Shown piece after piece: positions 17,101 to 25,364 of a DNA stretch of 64,000 nt. Made by a program: the position numbers and the translations under genes. Where the stretch lies: IMG/VR virus record IMGVR_UViG_3300036939_000074; one strand, 5' to 3'. The number at the start of each line of letters is the position of its first letter. Within the stretch, counting starts at the first letter, position 1. The notes under the pieces are model-generated. The model was not told the origin of the DNA and did no database searches. It saw only the letters and a list, made by a program, of their open reading frames with translations. This stretch comes from a virus.

Positions 17101-19591
17101 TGCCGTAGCCTACGGGATGCAATAGGAAAAGCCGACGTTCTTGGATGCCACGAGCGATCGCATTTTTCTGATGCGGCTTGAGTTGGATGGCTGAGTTGCT
17201 TCCGGGTAGCTTCAAGTAACTTCCGTCATACTGAGGGCGTAAAGGGCGGGGATAGATGCTGTTGTAAATCAGCGTCAAACGTAGGGCGCGTTCTGCATCT
17301 AGCCACAGCCACTTTTTAAACTCTTCCTTGAGTCGTTCGAGGGCAGAGTTGGCCGTAACCGTTGCCGCTTCAGATGCCTCTACGTCAATTGCATCATCAT
17401 CGTAAATTTTGATACGGAATGGCGTCATGTTCAGCGCCGCTTCCAATACCTGCAAGGCATTTTTCCCGCCTCGCTTGCCCTCAGCTCCTGTACTGGAGAA
17501 TTCCGATTTTTGGGCATATTCTTTAGGGCCATCAACACCCCACCGGGCCAGTTCCGGAATGTGCTCAACCTTATATTGACTCGCTCTGCCTCCAAATTTG
17601 TCACTACAGAACTGTTGGATATCGGAGGTTGGAATCCAAGAGGCACCAGCACCCGCGTCAATGAAGATTTCAGCATCTAGCTCACTATCAATATCCAACT
17701 TTTGTTTGAGGCCAGAAGCAATTGAAGCGCGGATTTCGGCTGTGGCTGGCGGTAAGATGAAAGAAGATATGTAAACATAGTGCCCGTCCTCATTCTTTGT
17801 AGTGAGGACTTTTTCGTTGTCGAACAACCACTTTTCGAGATACAGTTCTCCGTCTGTTTCTGCCAGTTGACGCACGGTGCGAAGTTTGGCACGAGTGTCG
17901 CCGGATAGGTATTGATATCGAGAAACCCATTCCCCTAAATCGGGGTCAAAAAAGATTTCAGAATTTTTACCCTTGAGTAGACCAATGGCGTCTTTTTCAG
18001 AGCATTCCAACAGGACAGCGATGAAGGGTAAATCAATGCGGCCACGACGGCTCAATGATTCGTGAACCGCGTCTGTTGGGACACTAATTTTTAGTGTTCC
18101 TTCTTGGCGCATGGGCGCATTAACCCGGGACGTGAGTATTTCAGCGGGTTTATACTCCCAGGTTTTTGAACCCGTCTCCGACTCGAAGCAAATTTCTTCT
18201 TCTAGCGCGCAGCAGGTTGCAACCAACTCGGAGTCGTCGGCAAATACCTTTAAGGTGCTGGGACGCTTGCGGCGGTTGAGTAAGTTGCCATACTTTTTCA
18301 CAAACAGATTGTACTGCGTCACCAGTTGGGCACGCCGCTCTTCCATATCTTCTCGGTCGTTGAGTTCGGCATCCACAAGGCTATCGAGAGCGTTTTTGAG
18401 TTCAATACCTGCGGTGATGCGCTCGGCATGTTCTGTGATATGAATGAGGCCGACGCCTCGCTGATACTGGTAGAGTTTCCCTTCTTTCAGTAGAAAGCTA
18501 CCCGGATTAAGACCAATGCAACTTTCGGGTAGGAGAACTTCTTTGAGGGCAGGGCGCTGGAAGTTGGGCAGTTCGTAAATCAGGTTGAGTTTGGCAAAGG
18601 CATTAATAATGGCAGCTTTGATATCAACCTGTTTATCCCCCGCGACGGCGATGCGGGAGTTTCCATACAGCTGGGAGTGGGACCAGGTGCCCAAAACCTT
18701 ATCGGGATTTTCGATAAAGTAACGGTTGACGCACAAGGGTTCATCATTTTCGTCGAGTATGGGAGTGGCAACCACATCTAACCAGTTGGGGTTGGGTTCT
18801 GGGGAATGGGGGCATTTCTGTAAAATGATTAAATCTGCCGTGACTTGTGTGCCAGCTTCTGCAAGCGCGGTATTGGGCAGTCTCACCGCTCCCACCAGAC
18901 GAGCGCCCTGGGCGTGGAGGTATTTGGGGAACTCAGAATCCAAGGTACCAATACTCGTAATCAGAGCCATCAGTCCACCCGATCGCAGTTTATCAAGCGA
19001 CTTAGCGAAGAAATAATTATGAAGTGTGCTGCTGGGGATGTCTTCATAATCCGGGTCGAAGGGAGGCACGAGACCAAACGGGACGTTGCCAATTACCAGA
19101 TCAAAGGTACTATTCGGGATGTCTGTAGATTCAAATCCACAGCCATAAATTGCGATCGCATCGTCAATGAGGATTTTTGCGATCGCAGAGGCGGATGAAT
19201 CGATTTCGACCAAGCACCATTCTGAGCGCGCACGGTTCCAAGTTGTCTGCAAGCCGGGGAAGAGGCCGATATTGCTTGAAGGTTCCAGGATGCGACCGTA
19301 GGAGAAGCCCAGCTGTTCTAAGACATGCCACATCGCTTCTACGATGGGGGCGGGGGTAAGGAAAGCGTTATCGCTATTGAGGTCAAGATCGGGAACCAGC
19401 TCTAAAACTTCTTTATTAATGGCAGACGCTACCGTTCCCCAACCGACCCATTTAGCTAGCAAGTCCTGATCAGCTGCGGTGATGGGGTGGGGATTTTTTT
19501 TGTAGCGACGCAGCCATTTTAAGCAAGCGATGTTGTTGTTTAGCTTAGTTTTGACCCCGCCTTTAACAGGGAGATTACGGAATTGGTACAT
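14192..19591 (-). CDS. DarB-like N6-adenine methyltransferase / SNF2-type helicase fusion
   Basis: LAKWVGWG, ILEPSSNIGLF (motif I), DLVIGNVPFG (motif IV), HPVGYGKT (Walker A), CFDELQ (DExx), QRLGRVVRQGN (motif VI). Confidence 0.85.
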   Translation of the reverse strand: MYQFRNLPVKGGVKTKLNNNIACLKWLRRYKKNPHPITAADQDLLAKWVGWGTVASAINKEVLELVPDLDLNSDNAFLTPAPIVEAMWHVLEQLGFSYGRILEPSSNIGLFPGLQTTWNRARSEWCLVEIDSSASAIAKILIDDAIAIYGCGFESTDIPNSTFDLVIGNVPFGLVPPFDPDYEDIPSSTLHNYFFAKSLDKLRSGGLMALITSIGTLDSEFPKYLHAQGARLVGAVRLPNTALAEAGTQVTADLIILQKCPHSPEPNPNWLDVVATPILDENDEPLCVNRYFIENPDKVLGTWSHSQLYGNSRIAVAGDKQVDIKAAIINAFAKLNLIYELPNFQRPALKEVLLPESCIGLNPGSFLLKEGKLYQYQRGVGLIHITEHAERITAGIELKNALDSLVDAELNDREDMEERRAQLVTQYNLFVKKYGNLLNRRKRPSTLKVFADDSELVATCCALEEEICFESETGSKTWEYKPAEILTSRVNAPMRQEGTLKISVPTDAVHESLSRRGRIDLPFIAVLLECSEKDAIGLLKGKNSEIFFDPDLGEWVSRYQYLSGDTRAKLRTVRQLAETDGELYLEKWLFDNEKVLTTKNEDGHYVYISSFILPPATAEIRASIASGLKQKLDIDSELDAEIFIDAGAGASWIPTSDIQQFCSDKFGGRASQYKVEHIPELARWGVDGPKEYAQKSEFSSTGAEGKRGGKNALQVLEAALNMTPFRIKIYDDDAIDVEASEAATVTANSALERLKEEFKKWLWLDAERALRLTLIYNSIYPRPLRPQYDGSYLKLPGSNSAIQLKPHQKNAIARGIQERRLFLLHPVGYGKTFVYCAVAMECKRLGLVDKAFISVLNDTVSQFVGQFKTLYPKAKLLIAEDGGAQTRNATLRRCQTGNYDCIILAHTAFYGIPIGWRTKVQYISEELSVIEGYLQEVDATKESLLHGDLLAHAHSLRQEIERLEVIGAIEDAGNDPQSMMPVMDDLLDKGAIRVSNSGQVKFVPKQQRLTRDEYVKLMGEKERDKTIKVLKRSLEKAVSHYCRNSIALNWEDIAKRPLICFDELQMLKNIRYPSKIAGTISGITNTDTQRSLNSLLKFNWTLRNGGRIGGGTGLFPEVSFSEMFNLLRLFAPDEIEETGNAHFDSFIGNFGEISTQPEFTSMGGIKKKTRISGFKNQDEMLDLAATFTDFAPDPEKVGIKRPQLHRYTITSPLSDEQAAINEDIKNWLKAWQKRRPPKYVHPKTGNWTNHNPLTLTSMGSAASIDPRLVKEVETVECDTKLHRLIHNAWWVWQATRETKATQFIFCNSGVPKPHNRFTVYRYIRDCMVALGVPETEVAFIHEYDAKTKQKLFDKMNNGETAMLLASTRRGGTGVNAQGVRNTWYGGAIAAHLLDLDWSPPLQRLGRVVRQGNPHDDVWAFDYGTLGAGNQPGFDAWKANLVRHRAAMAHQYASGKLESRRTQDIGDDASYYLVAAAIMSGNTAALEYAQVKDQLRQKNHTFKEQQTRLSQYRYYSESCGSVLGVLEAKYKASQVDQETVKEHGSLTGDTFSIQIGKTLTTKVQEADIVLQGKINAIIKAGKRCQHKKIGQIAGLDIVVSFFSGKSIESLDLAGVPYTHNEQTYRIFYPVSLSWVFSEKFINAIRTTLREVRHGYEVDRLSKKIDAEREHQRLLPERITYLTSEVSKLGDEVSALTAKELELRSQLDSKEDEQEAWEPGGIVEAPTPAIYTGVDETVIEWIKTLPPPPWITDIFLAQAVRLLRMQCLECSHSKTFEWFILWHQSQLQLLEVVNSLEDVFS

Positions 19592-19630
19592 GGCTCTAAA
19601 ATTATGAACGAAAGGTAGTAACAGGGTGGG

Positions 19631-20197
19631 ATGATGAAAGGTTTCGGCAAGACTCAGGGCAAGAAGAAAAGACGTTTAACGCTTGAAGAGGCAAGGCGGT
19701 TATCGCCCACAGAACGCAAGGAAATTGGGCGCTTTACTCAGCACAAAACCCACGAACTGGTTGTTCAGTCGCGGGTTAGTTCTAGAGACAAGCGTCCGAT
19801 GGTGGATTTCCAGTGGGGGCGCGAAAAGATGGATCTCACCCCACCAGAAGCACTCACTCACGCTTTGGGCATTATCGAAGCAGCAATTGCAGCTGAAACA
19901 GATGCCTTACTAGTTGAATTTGTCACCCGAATCCTCGGAGCTGAGATAGATATTGCTGGGTTACTGTTGTTGGAGTTTCGCAAGTTTCGGGAAGAAAATC
20001 CTAAGCGATTGCTGGCATGGCGGGGACAAGCGATGACAATTTTGAGGGCAGCAGAAACCTCGGAGACGGATAATTTCTTACGAGATTTCCTGGGACGTAT
20101 TGCTCAGTCAGAAAGCTCAGAACCGCTGGATATTGAAGAAATTATTTCAGAATTTCAGGAACTTCGAGAGTCGTCACAGACTGTTTTTCGTGACTAG
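19631..20197 (+). CDS. Hypothetical protein, divergent from the DarB-like gene
   Basis: 188-aa ORF; internal repeat IIEAAIAAETDALL / ILRAAETSETDNFL. Confidence 0.6.
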   Translation: MMKGFGKTQGKKKRRLTLEEARRLSPTERKEIGRFTQHKTHELVVQSRVSSRDKRPMVDFQWGREKMDLTPPEALTHALGIIEAAIAAETDALLVEFVTRILGAEIDIAGLLLLEFRKFREENPKRLLAWRGQAMTILRAAETSETDNFLRDFLGRIAQSESSEPLDIEEIISEFQELRESSQTVFRD

Positions 20198-21633
20198 AAG
20201 GGACAATCCCAGGTGTGATATTCTTCGGGAGTAATACATCCTTCTTCGCACAGCATGTCGGTAAAAATACTCCAAGCTTCCGCAAGGGCAATTTCATCAT
20301 CTTCGCCGTAACGCAGAACCACTGCTGGGTAGTCGAACTCCATGAAAATATCAAGAGCGTCTTGATAGCTCATTCTCCGCCGAATCGGCTCTTGCTCCTC
20401 TTCAAAAAAATCGACATTACCCAGCACATCCATCAACGTCTGTCCCACAAAGCCCATAACTTGCAGTTGGGGAACATCTTCGATGTAGCGCCGTTTAATC
20501 AGGGGAAGCGCATCGAGCCAATTATCTGAGTCAAACTCTGTAAAACTCAAACAGTAGTAATCTCCCTCACAGTGAGTAGCGCCCATCATGTGTTCAGAAA
20601 TGTTGGAGAAATAGCGATGGCTACGCATCCAATCCACCACGGTACTATTCATCGCAGGGTAGTTGTCCAGGGGTTTGCCTCGATACTTATGGGTTAAAGA
20701 TTGACCCCAAAAGGTTAAATCCAGTATCGAGTCTTCGTAGAAATTGAACAGGGGACGGGCAGCCCAAGGCGCATACAGCTCAAAGTTAATCAAAGTTACC
20801 TTGGCAAGCAGCGTGTCTACCACTTGGCTGTAGATTCGCAGGCTGTAGTTAGAAAGTTCTAGGGAGTAGCGTCCCGTCAGGCACAGGCTGTCTATCTGTG
20901 CGTTGAGTTCGGGGACCTCATTATCTCCACATTCAGTGACCCAAGCTGCCGCTAAATCGGGTTCGAGAAATTCATCGAGAGCGTAGTGGATGCGCTCAAA
21001 GTAGCCAATCTCGTTGAGGACTTCACCGAGGTAATCGAAAGGCCACCAGAGGAACGGGTGAATTTGGAAGGTGAGATAGAGTCGGCGAGAAGCACCCTCG
21101 CACCCCGCTGGTTCTTCCGGTGGCTGGGGGACGGAGTGATGTTGCAATCCGAACAAGATCCAGTCACAGAAGTAATTGAAATATTCAATCTCCCGCCCAT
21201 CTCGCCAATTGCCATGAGCCGGGATTTGGTTGAGGCAGGCATGAATTAGCTCTAAAACACGGGGGTAGGGTTCAAGCTCAAATTCAATTTTGGGGATGGA
21301 GGTGGTGGGAATTTTGATGACTTCAACAAGGTGATCAGGCGCATAGGTCTGATACAAAAATTCCAACCCCCGCATCTGAGCATTAGCACTCATCAGAGCT
21401 TCCCAATACTCCCACCGACCCCAGCTACTACTATCCGCTGAGATTACATGGGGATACAACCAGCCATGTTCTAGGAAAAAATCTAACTCAAGGTAATTTG
21501 CCCCTTTTGAATCTGTCTGGATGGGGAAGTTGGCCGCTTCCCGCCTGAAGTACTCTCGGTTAACCCGCCGATACTCGTTTACATCAATGTGTTGTCGAGC
21601 GTGTACGTTGTAGAAGGCATCATAGTTGGTCAT
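20194..21633 (-). CDS. Hypothetical protein, probably a degenerate SAM-methyltransferase-like fold
   Basis: WGRW-YW...IPKIEF...FCDWILFGL-H...LSNYSLRIY...LYAPW pattern; motif I region reads DSLCLTG. Confidence 0.5.
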   Translation of the reverse strand: MTNYDAFYNVHARQHIDVNEYRRVNREYFRREAANFPIQTDSKGANYLELDFFLEHGWLYPHVISADSSSWGRWEYWEALMSANAQMRGLEFLYQTYAPDHLVEVIKIPTTSIPKIEFELEPYPRVLELIHACLNQIPAHGNWRDGREIEYFNYFCDWILFGLQHHSVPQPPEEPAGCEGASRRLYLTFQIHPFLWWPFDYLGEVLNEIGYFERIHYALDEFLEPDLAAAWVTECGDNEVPELNAQIDSLCLTGRYSLELSNYSLRIYSQVVDTLLAKVTLINFELYAPWAARPLFNFYEDSILDLTFWGQSLTHKYRGKPLDNYPAMNSTVVDWMRSHRYFSNISEHMMGATHCEGDYYCLSFTEFDSDNWLDALPLIKRRYIEDVPQLQVMGFVGQTLMDVLGNVDFFEEEQEPIRRRMSYQDALDIFMEFDYPAVVLRYGEDDEIALAEAWSIFTDMLCEEGCITPEEYHTWDCPF

Positions 21634-22258
21634 GGCCTTGGGGGAGGCGAAAGGGCATGGGGAGTTGGAGAGGGGAACTGGAACTGTCTAACGGTTTGGC
21701 CTCAATTGGGTTGATGACTTTTTTCTCCTCGCTCGGTTTAACCGTGATTTTGGGAGTCGGTTTATTGAGTGTAATTTTAGGAGTGGGTTTGTTGACCGTG
21801 ATTTTGGGGGACGGGTTAACCGTAATTTTGGGGGCAGGCTTGTTGACCGTGATTTTGGGGGCAAAACCCTGTGGCTTTTTCTTCTTAACTTCTGCCGTTT
21901 CATTCAGTTCAATGAATTCTTCTGGGATGACGGCACCGCCCATACTCCGTAAGAAGGGTGCAAGGCCAAATCGGTCAACTCCAACCCAAGTGCGACCAAA
22001 TATGCGGAAGCCACCAGGGGCACAACTCAGAATGAAGGTTGCACGCGCAATTGCACGGGTGATTTCAAATAGACGAGCGTTCGTTAAGATGTTATCGGTA
22101 TTGCCGTACAGTAAATCTTTGCCGTACATCTTCAGCAACGAGCCGATATGGTAGCTGTCGATCACTTCTTTCTCTGTCGGGCCACTACGGGCAACAATCC
22201 GTTGTGCCTCTTCCAAAAGAAGGCGATCGACGATTTCGAGGAATAATTTGGTATTCAT
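21620..22258 (-). CDS. Hypothetical protein with KIT(V/L)NKP-P repeats
   Basis: About six short Pro/Lys repeats in the C-terminal half. Confidence 0.6.
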   Translation of the reverse strand: MNTKLFLEIVDRLLLEEAQRIVARSGPTEKEVIDSYHIGSLLKMYGKDLLYGNTDNILTNARLFEITRAIARATFILSCAPGGFRIFGRTWVGVDRFGLAPFLRSMGGAVIPEEFIELNETAEVKKKKPQGFAPKITVNKPAPKITVNPSPKITVNKPTPKITLNKPTPKITVKPSEEKKVINPIEAKPLDSSSSPLQLPMPFRLPQGHDQL

Positions 22259-22260
22259 TT

Positions 22261-23067
22261 TTAGCGAGATTTCTTGCGTTTTTTCTTCCGGTCTCTCTTG
22301 GGTGAAAGTTCCGAACTTTCCACGATTTTGCGACGGACTAGAGCCGCAAGCTCCTCGTATTCGTAACGGATACTTTCATAACGTGGCGGGTAGCTCATCA
22401 GCAGTCCGCCCATCAAGTGGGGTGCATAAGTGGGCATGACTTGATACATGCACCACTTGTAAATCTCTGTGTAGACAGGGTCGCAATTCATCAGGTAAGC
22501 CGGGGGGTGCAAGGCGGCAAGAACATCAGCAGGACAAGCGAGTGTGCCGATGGTGTTGTTCTTGTTCTCTTCAAATGCCAGTTTTACTCGTTCTGCACTC
22601 ACGGCTGTCAGGAGCCATTCGGGTGGCCTACTATCATATTTGGGATTGCCACCCATGTAGAAACCGCCTGCCAGATAGTCTAGGATGGGTTTGGGAAAGT
22701 CCTCAAACTCGTTGAGGAGTACCGCAACTATCTCGCGCATTCCGCCGCCATCCCCACTCAAAACACTGATCATGGCTACGATCATGTCTTTCAGGCGCTC
22801 CATTCTGGTCGCCTCATCGGGTTCGTCCGTGAGAACCAATGGTTCCCGGATCGTCACTTTTGGCTTGAGAGGCGATGGGGTGACTTTGATCTTGGGCTGG
22901 GGTGGGGGCAGCTTAACCTCAATTTTTTTTGAACTCTTAATAACCGGGGAAAATCTTTTGTCGAGAGGGGTGATGGGCTGTAGCTTGATGATTTCCCCAA
23001 GGTTGTTGAGTTCAACATGCTTCGCAAGAGGCAATTTCGGCTCTTGGTAAGGGATTAGTTCATCCAT
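22261..23067 (-). CDS. Hypothetical protein
   Basis: Pro/Lys-rich N-term, globular C-term, basic tail. Confidence 0.6.
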   Translation of the reverse strand: MDELIPYQEPKLPLAKHVELNNLGEIIKLQPITPLDKRFSPVIKSSKKIEVKLPPPQPKIKVTPSPLKPKVTIREPLVLTDEPDEATRMERLKDMIVAMISVLSGDGGGMREIVAVLLNEFEDFPKPILDYLAGGFYMGGNPKYDSRPPEWLLTAVSAERVKLAFEENKNNTIGTLACPADVLAALHPPAYLMNCDPVYTEIYKWCMYQVMPTYAPHLMGGLLMSYPPRYESIRYEYEELAALVRRKIVESSELSPKRDRKKKRKKSR

Positions 23068-23091
23068 GATATTCAGTTGTTAAAAGTGTTG

Positions 23092-23138
23092 AAACAAACC
23101 ATAAAGCCAGCTTCCTGGGCTGGCTTTATGGTTTGTTT
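23092..23138. terminator. Long hairpin / probable bidirectional terminator
   Basis: 20-bp perfect arms aaacaaaccataaagccagc / gctggctttatggtttgttt. Confidence 0.7.
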
Positions 23139-23232
23139 GGTTTTTTTTCTTTGAATGGTGGGCAAGGAACTGTAGCGCATCAGAAGAGTTCTCTTGCCTT
23201 GCTTGAAGGGCACTTGTTTGTTGAGTATAGCA

Positions 23233-23664
23233 CTAGCTTTCTTGATAAGGCAAGAAATTTCTGCCTCTTACCCATTGGGGTGGCTTGATCGCTAGGTTGA
23301 CCACGCTTTCAATACCTCGAATGCTTGGGTCGCCAGCCAAGTAGCCTATGCCACGATTAAGGTGCGCCAAAAACTGCTCGGCTAAAACCTCGTCGTTGAC
23401 GGGCAAGCCATCTTCTTTCACCCGCTGTCTAAGTGCCAGGATGAAAAGGTCACTAAAGTTGCCACCGAACGTTTTCCAGGCAATTTCTAAATTGCTGTCA
23501 GCTGGGTACCTCGTCGGGCTGGGTTTCGTCGCTTCTGCGAGTGAGAGACAAAATGCCCATCGACAAGTGATGTTGTAACTGGGGATTTTGGTGCGTCGCT
23601 TGATGGTGATTAGGTTGTAGCGCGCCTTCTCACTCAATCGGATGCGTTCAACGGGGGCTTGCAT
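23233..23664 (-). CDS. dndE: DNA phosphorothioation protein DndE (orphan)
   Basis: ERIRLSEKA..L..IKRRTKI..YNI-CRWAFCLSLAE...PADSNLEIAWKTFGG...FLAHLNRGIGYLAG, closely matching cyanobacterial DndE; start MQAP at 23664. Confidence 0.9.
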   Translation of the reverse strand: MQAPVERIRLSEKARYNLITIKRRTKIPSYNITCRWAFCLSLAEATKPSPTRYPADSNLEIAWKTFGGNFSDLFILALRQRVKEDGLPVNDEVLAEQFLAHLNRGIGYLAGDPSIRGIESVVNLAIKPPQWVRGRNFLPYQES

Positions 23665-25363
23665 GGGATTCGTCCTCTCCCGGTGGCAGCATCTCAACTC
23701 GCTTCATCGGCTGTTCTGGAGTTAATTCGATGGGTTGAGAGGTCTTTTTCTCAAGGGTAATTTTAGGAGCACTCGCCGGCTTGAGGGTTGGGACAATTTT
23801 CTTGGGCTTTTCTGGCTCTAAGGCTGGAATGCTATCTAACCCTTGAGACGGGAGTACCTTGATTTCCAGTTTGGGTTTTTCTGGCTCTAAGGCTGGGATG
23901 CTATCTAACCCTTGAGATTTGAGTACCTTGATTTCCAGTTTGGGCTTTTCTGGCTCTAGGGCTGGAATGCTATCTAATCCCTGAGAGGGGAGTACCTTAA
24001 ATTCCGGCTTGGACGGCGGGAGCGCTGGACTGTCTTTGTAGCTTGCAGGGCCAAACACTTTACTTTCTGCTGCACCAAGTTCCATTAACTCAGTTTCAAT
24101 CTCAATCGACTCTCTGATTTGGATGGGGCAATAGACCCATGAATCATCTACTACCACCCGGGTTGTGTCGAAGTAATTGAGATATTCTCCTTTGAGCTGC
24201 AACAGTTGATAAAAGGAGATGATGAGCGGTCCCCAAAAGTCTTGGTCATTCTCACTTAAAAACACCTCTGGGTCAACCGTTTCTGGATTGGGGTAAACGA
24301 ATTCGGGCATGACAAAGTAGCCCGTGAGAATAGCCGCTTTGGCGATTAGGGGGTCTCTTTGGCTCCCTGTGAGGTTGCGAGTGTAGTTAGAAGCCGCCAG
24401 CACATCGGCTGGGGTAATTTCTGGTACAAACAAAAATTGCTCGGTGTCTCTCCCTAACCCTAGGTCGGAGAACAAGACACTATGATAGCCAACCGGATTT
24501 TCAAATTCAGGTCTGTGGCAATAGCCAACTCGATTTAGGAGCCAGCCAAACCAATCGCAACTATCCCACAACAAGAAAAAAGCTGGGTTCCAGACGGCAA
24601 CCAGTCGGTTGTGGGCTTGTCCATCCCAGGAAATCTTCTTGTGTAAATGGGCTTCTAGAGTAGCAAAATCATCAACTTCACCCGGGTCATAATCTTTCTC
24701 GTCGGGGAAGTCGGTCATGCAAGGATGACCCAATGACCAGCAGCACCAATCGATCAAATATTCCGCTGCGGCAATCCCGTGCCGTTTACTCAAAGACCAG
24801 TGTTCGGTGATTTGAGAGAGCAAATACTCCAAGTATTGCTCGGTTCGTTTGTGGATTGAACCCAATGTGAGTTGGGGGATGGGTGCTTTGCAGCGCGATC
24901 GCTCGTAGTCTAGCCATCGCCCATTGCCGGATTCAATTTCAGCCTGAATTAATAATTTGAGTGCCCAGCCGGGAGTGTTGCCAATCACAACTCGGTTGGT
25001 CAGTTCTACTCCAGGTTGGTACTGAGTAAAACCATGGTCGTCAATGGATATAATGCCACGAGTCCACCCGGTGGGAGTGTAGCCGGGGCGGCGCTCAAAG
25101 CCATTTCTAGGGGCGGGGAAGGGTGTATTGTCCAGTCGATACCGGAGAGCATCTAGCGTGAGAGAATCTAGTTCCTGGATTTTCTCCTTGGTTGGGTTCG
25201 CATACAGCGGGGAATCTTTATAAATCCCAGCAACCGTCTCGCGCATCACCCACCAATTCATCGGTTCGGTAATGTTGGATGGGCGCGCATCATCCATCAT
25301 CTGGGCATACATCCAGCGGTCGTTCAATGCCGGAAGGAGTACGTCTTGTATGTTATTTTCCAT
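23648..25363 (-). CDS. Hypothetical protein, distant paralog of 20194 with C-terminal 23-aa repeats
   Basis: PIPQLTL...EYLIDWCCWSLGH...DWFGWLL...AASNYTRNLTG...GYFVMP. Confidence 0.55.
   Translation of the reverse strand: MENNIQDVLLPALNDRWMYAQMMDDARPSNITEPMNWWVMRETVAGIYKDSPLYANPTKEKIQELDSLTLDALRYRLDNTPFPAPRNGFERRPGYTPTGWTRGIISIDDHGFTQYQPGVELTNRVVIGNTPGWALKLLIQAEIESGNGRWLDYERSRCKAPIPQLTLGSIHKRTEQYLEYLLSQITEHWSLSKRHGIAAAEYLIDWCCWSLGHPCMTDFPDEKDYDPGEVDDFATLEAHLHKKISWDGQAHNRLVAVWNPAFFLLWDSCDWFGWLLNRVGYCHRPEFENPVGYHSVLFSDLGLGRDTEQFLFVPEITPADVLAASNYTRNLTGSQRDPLIAKAAILTGYFVMPEFVYPNPETVDPEVFLSENDQDFWGPLIISFYQLLQLKGEYLNYFDTTRVVVDDSWVYCPIQIRESIEIETELMELGAAESKVFGPASYKDSPALPPSKPEFKVLPSQGLDSIPALEPEKPKLEIKVLKSQGLDSIPALEPEKPKLEIKVLPSQGLDSIPALEPEKPKKIVPTLKPASAPKITLEKKTSQPIELTPEQPMKRVEMLPPGEDESHASPR
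23802..24008. repeat. 69-bp tandem repeat x3 (coding KVL-SQGLDSIPALEPEKPKLEI)
   Basis: Units at 23802, 23871, 23940. Confidence 0.9.
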
Positions 25364-25364
25364 G

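Noticed and set aside
14234-19359. Numerous short plus-strand ORFs
   Set aside because: Antisense shadows of the DarB-like gene; the same applies within the primase, sheath and scaffold genes
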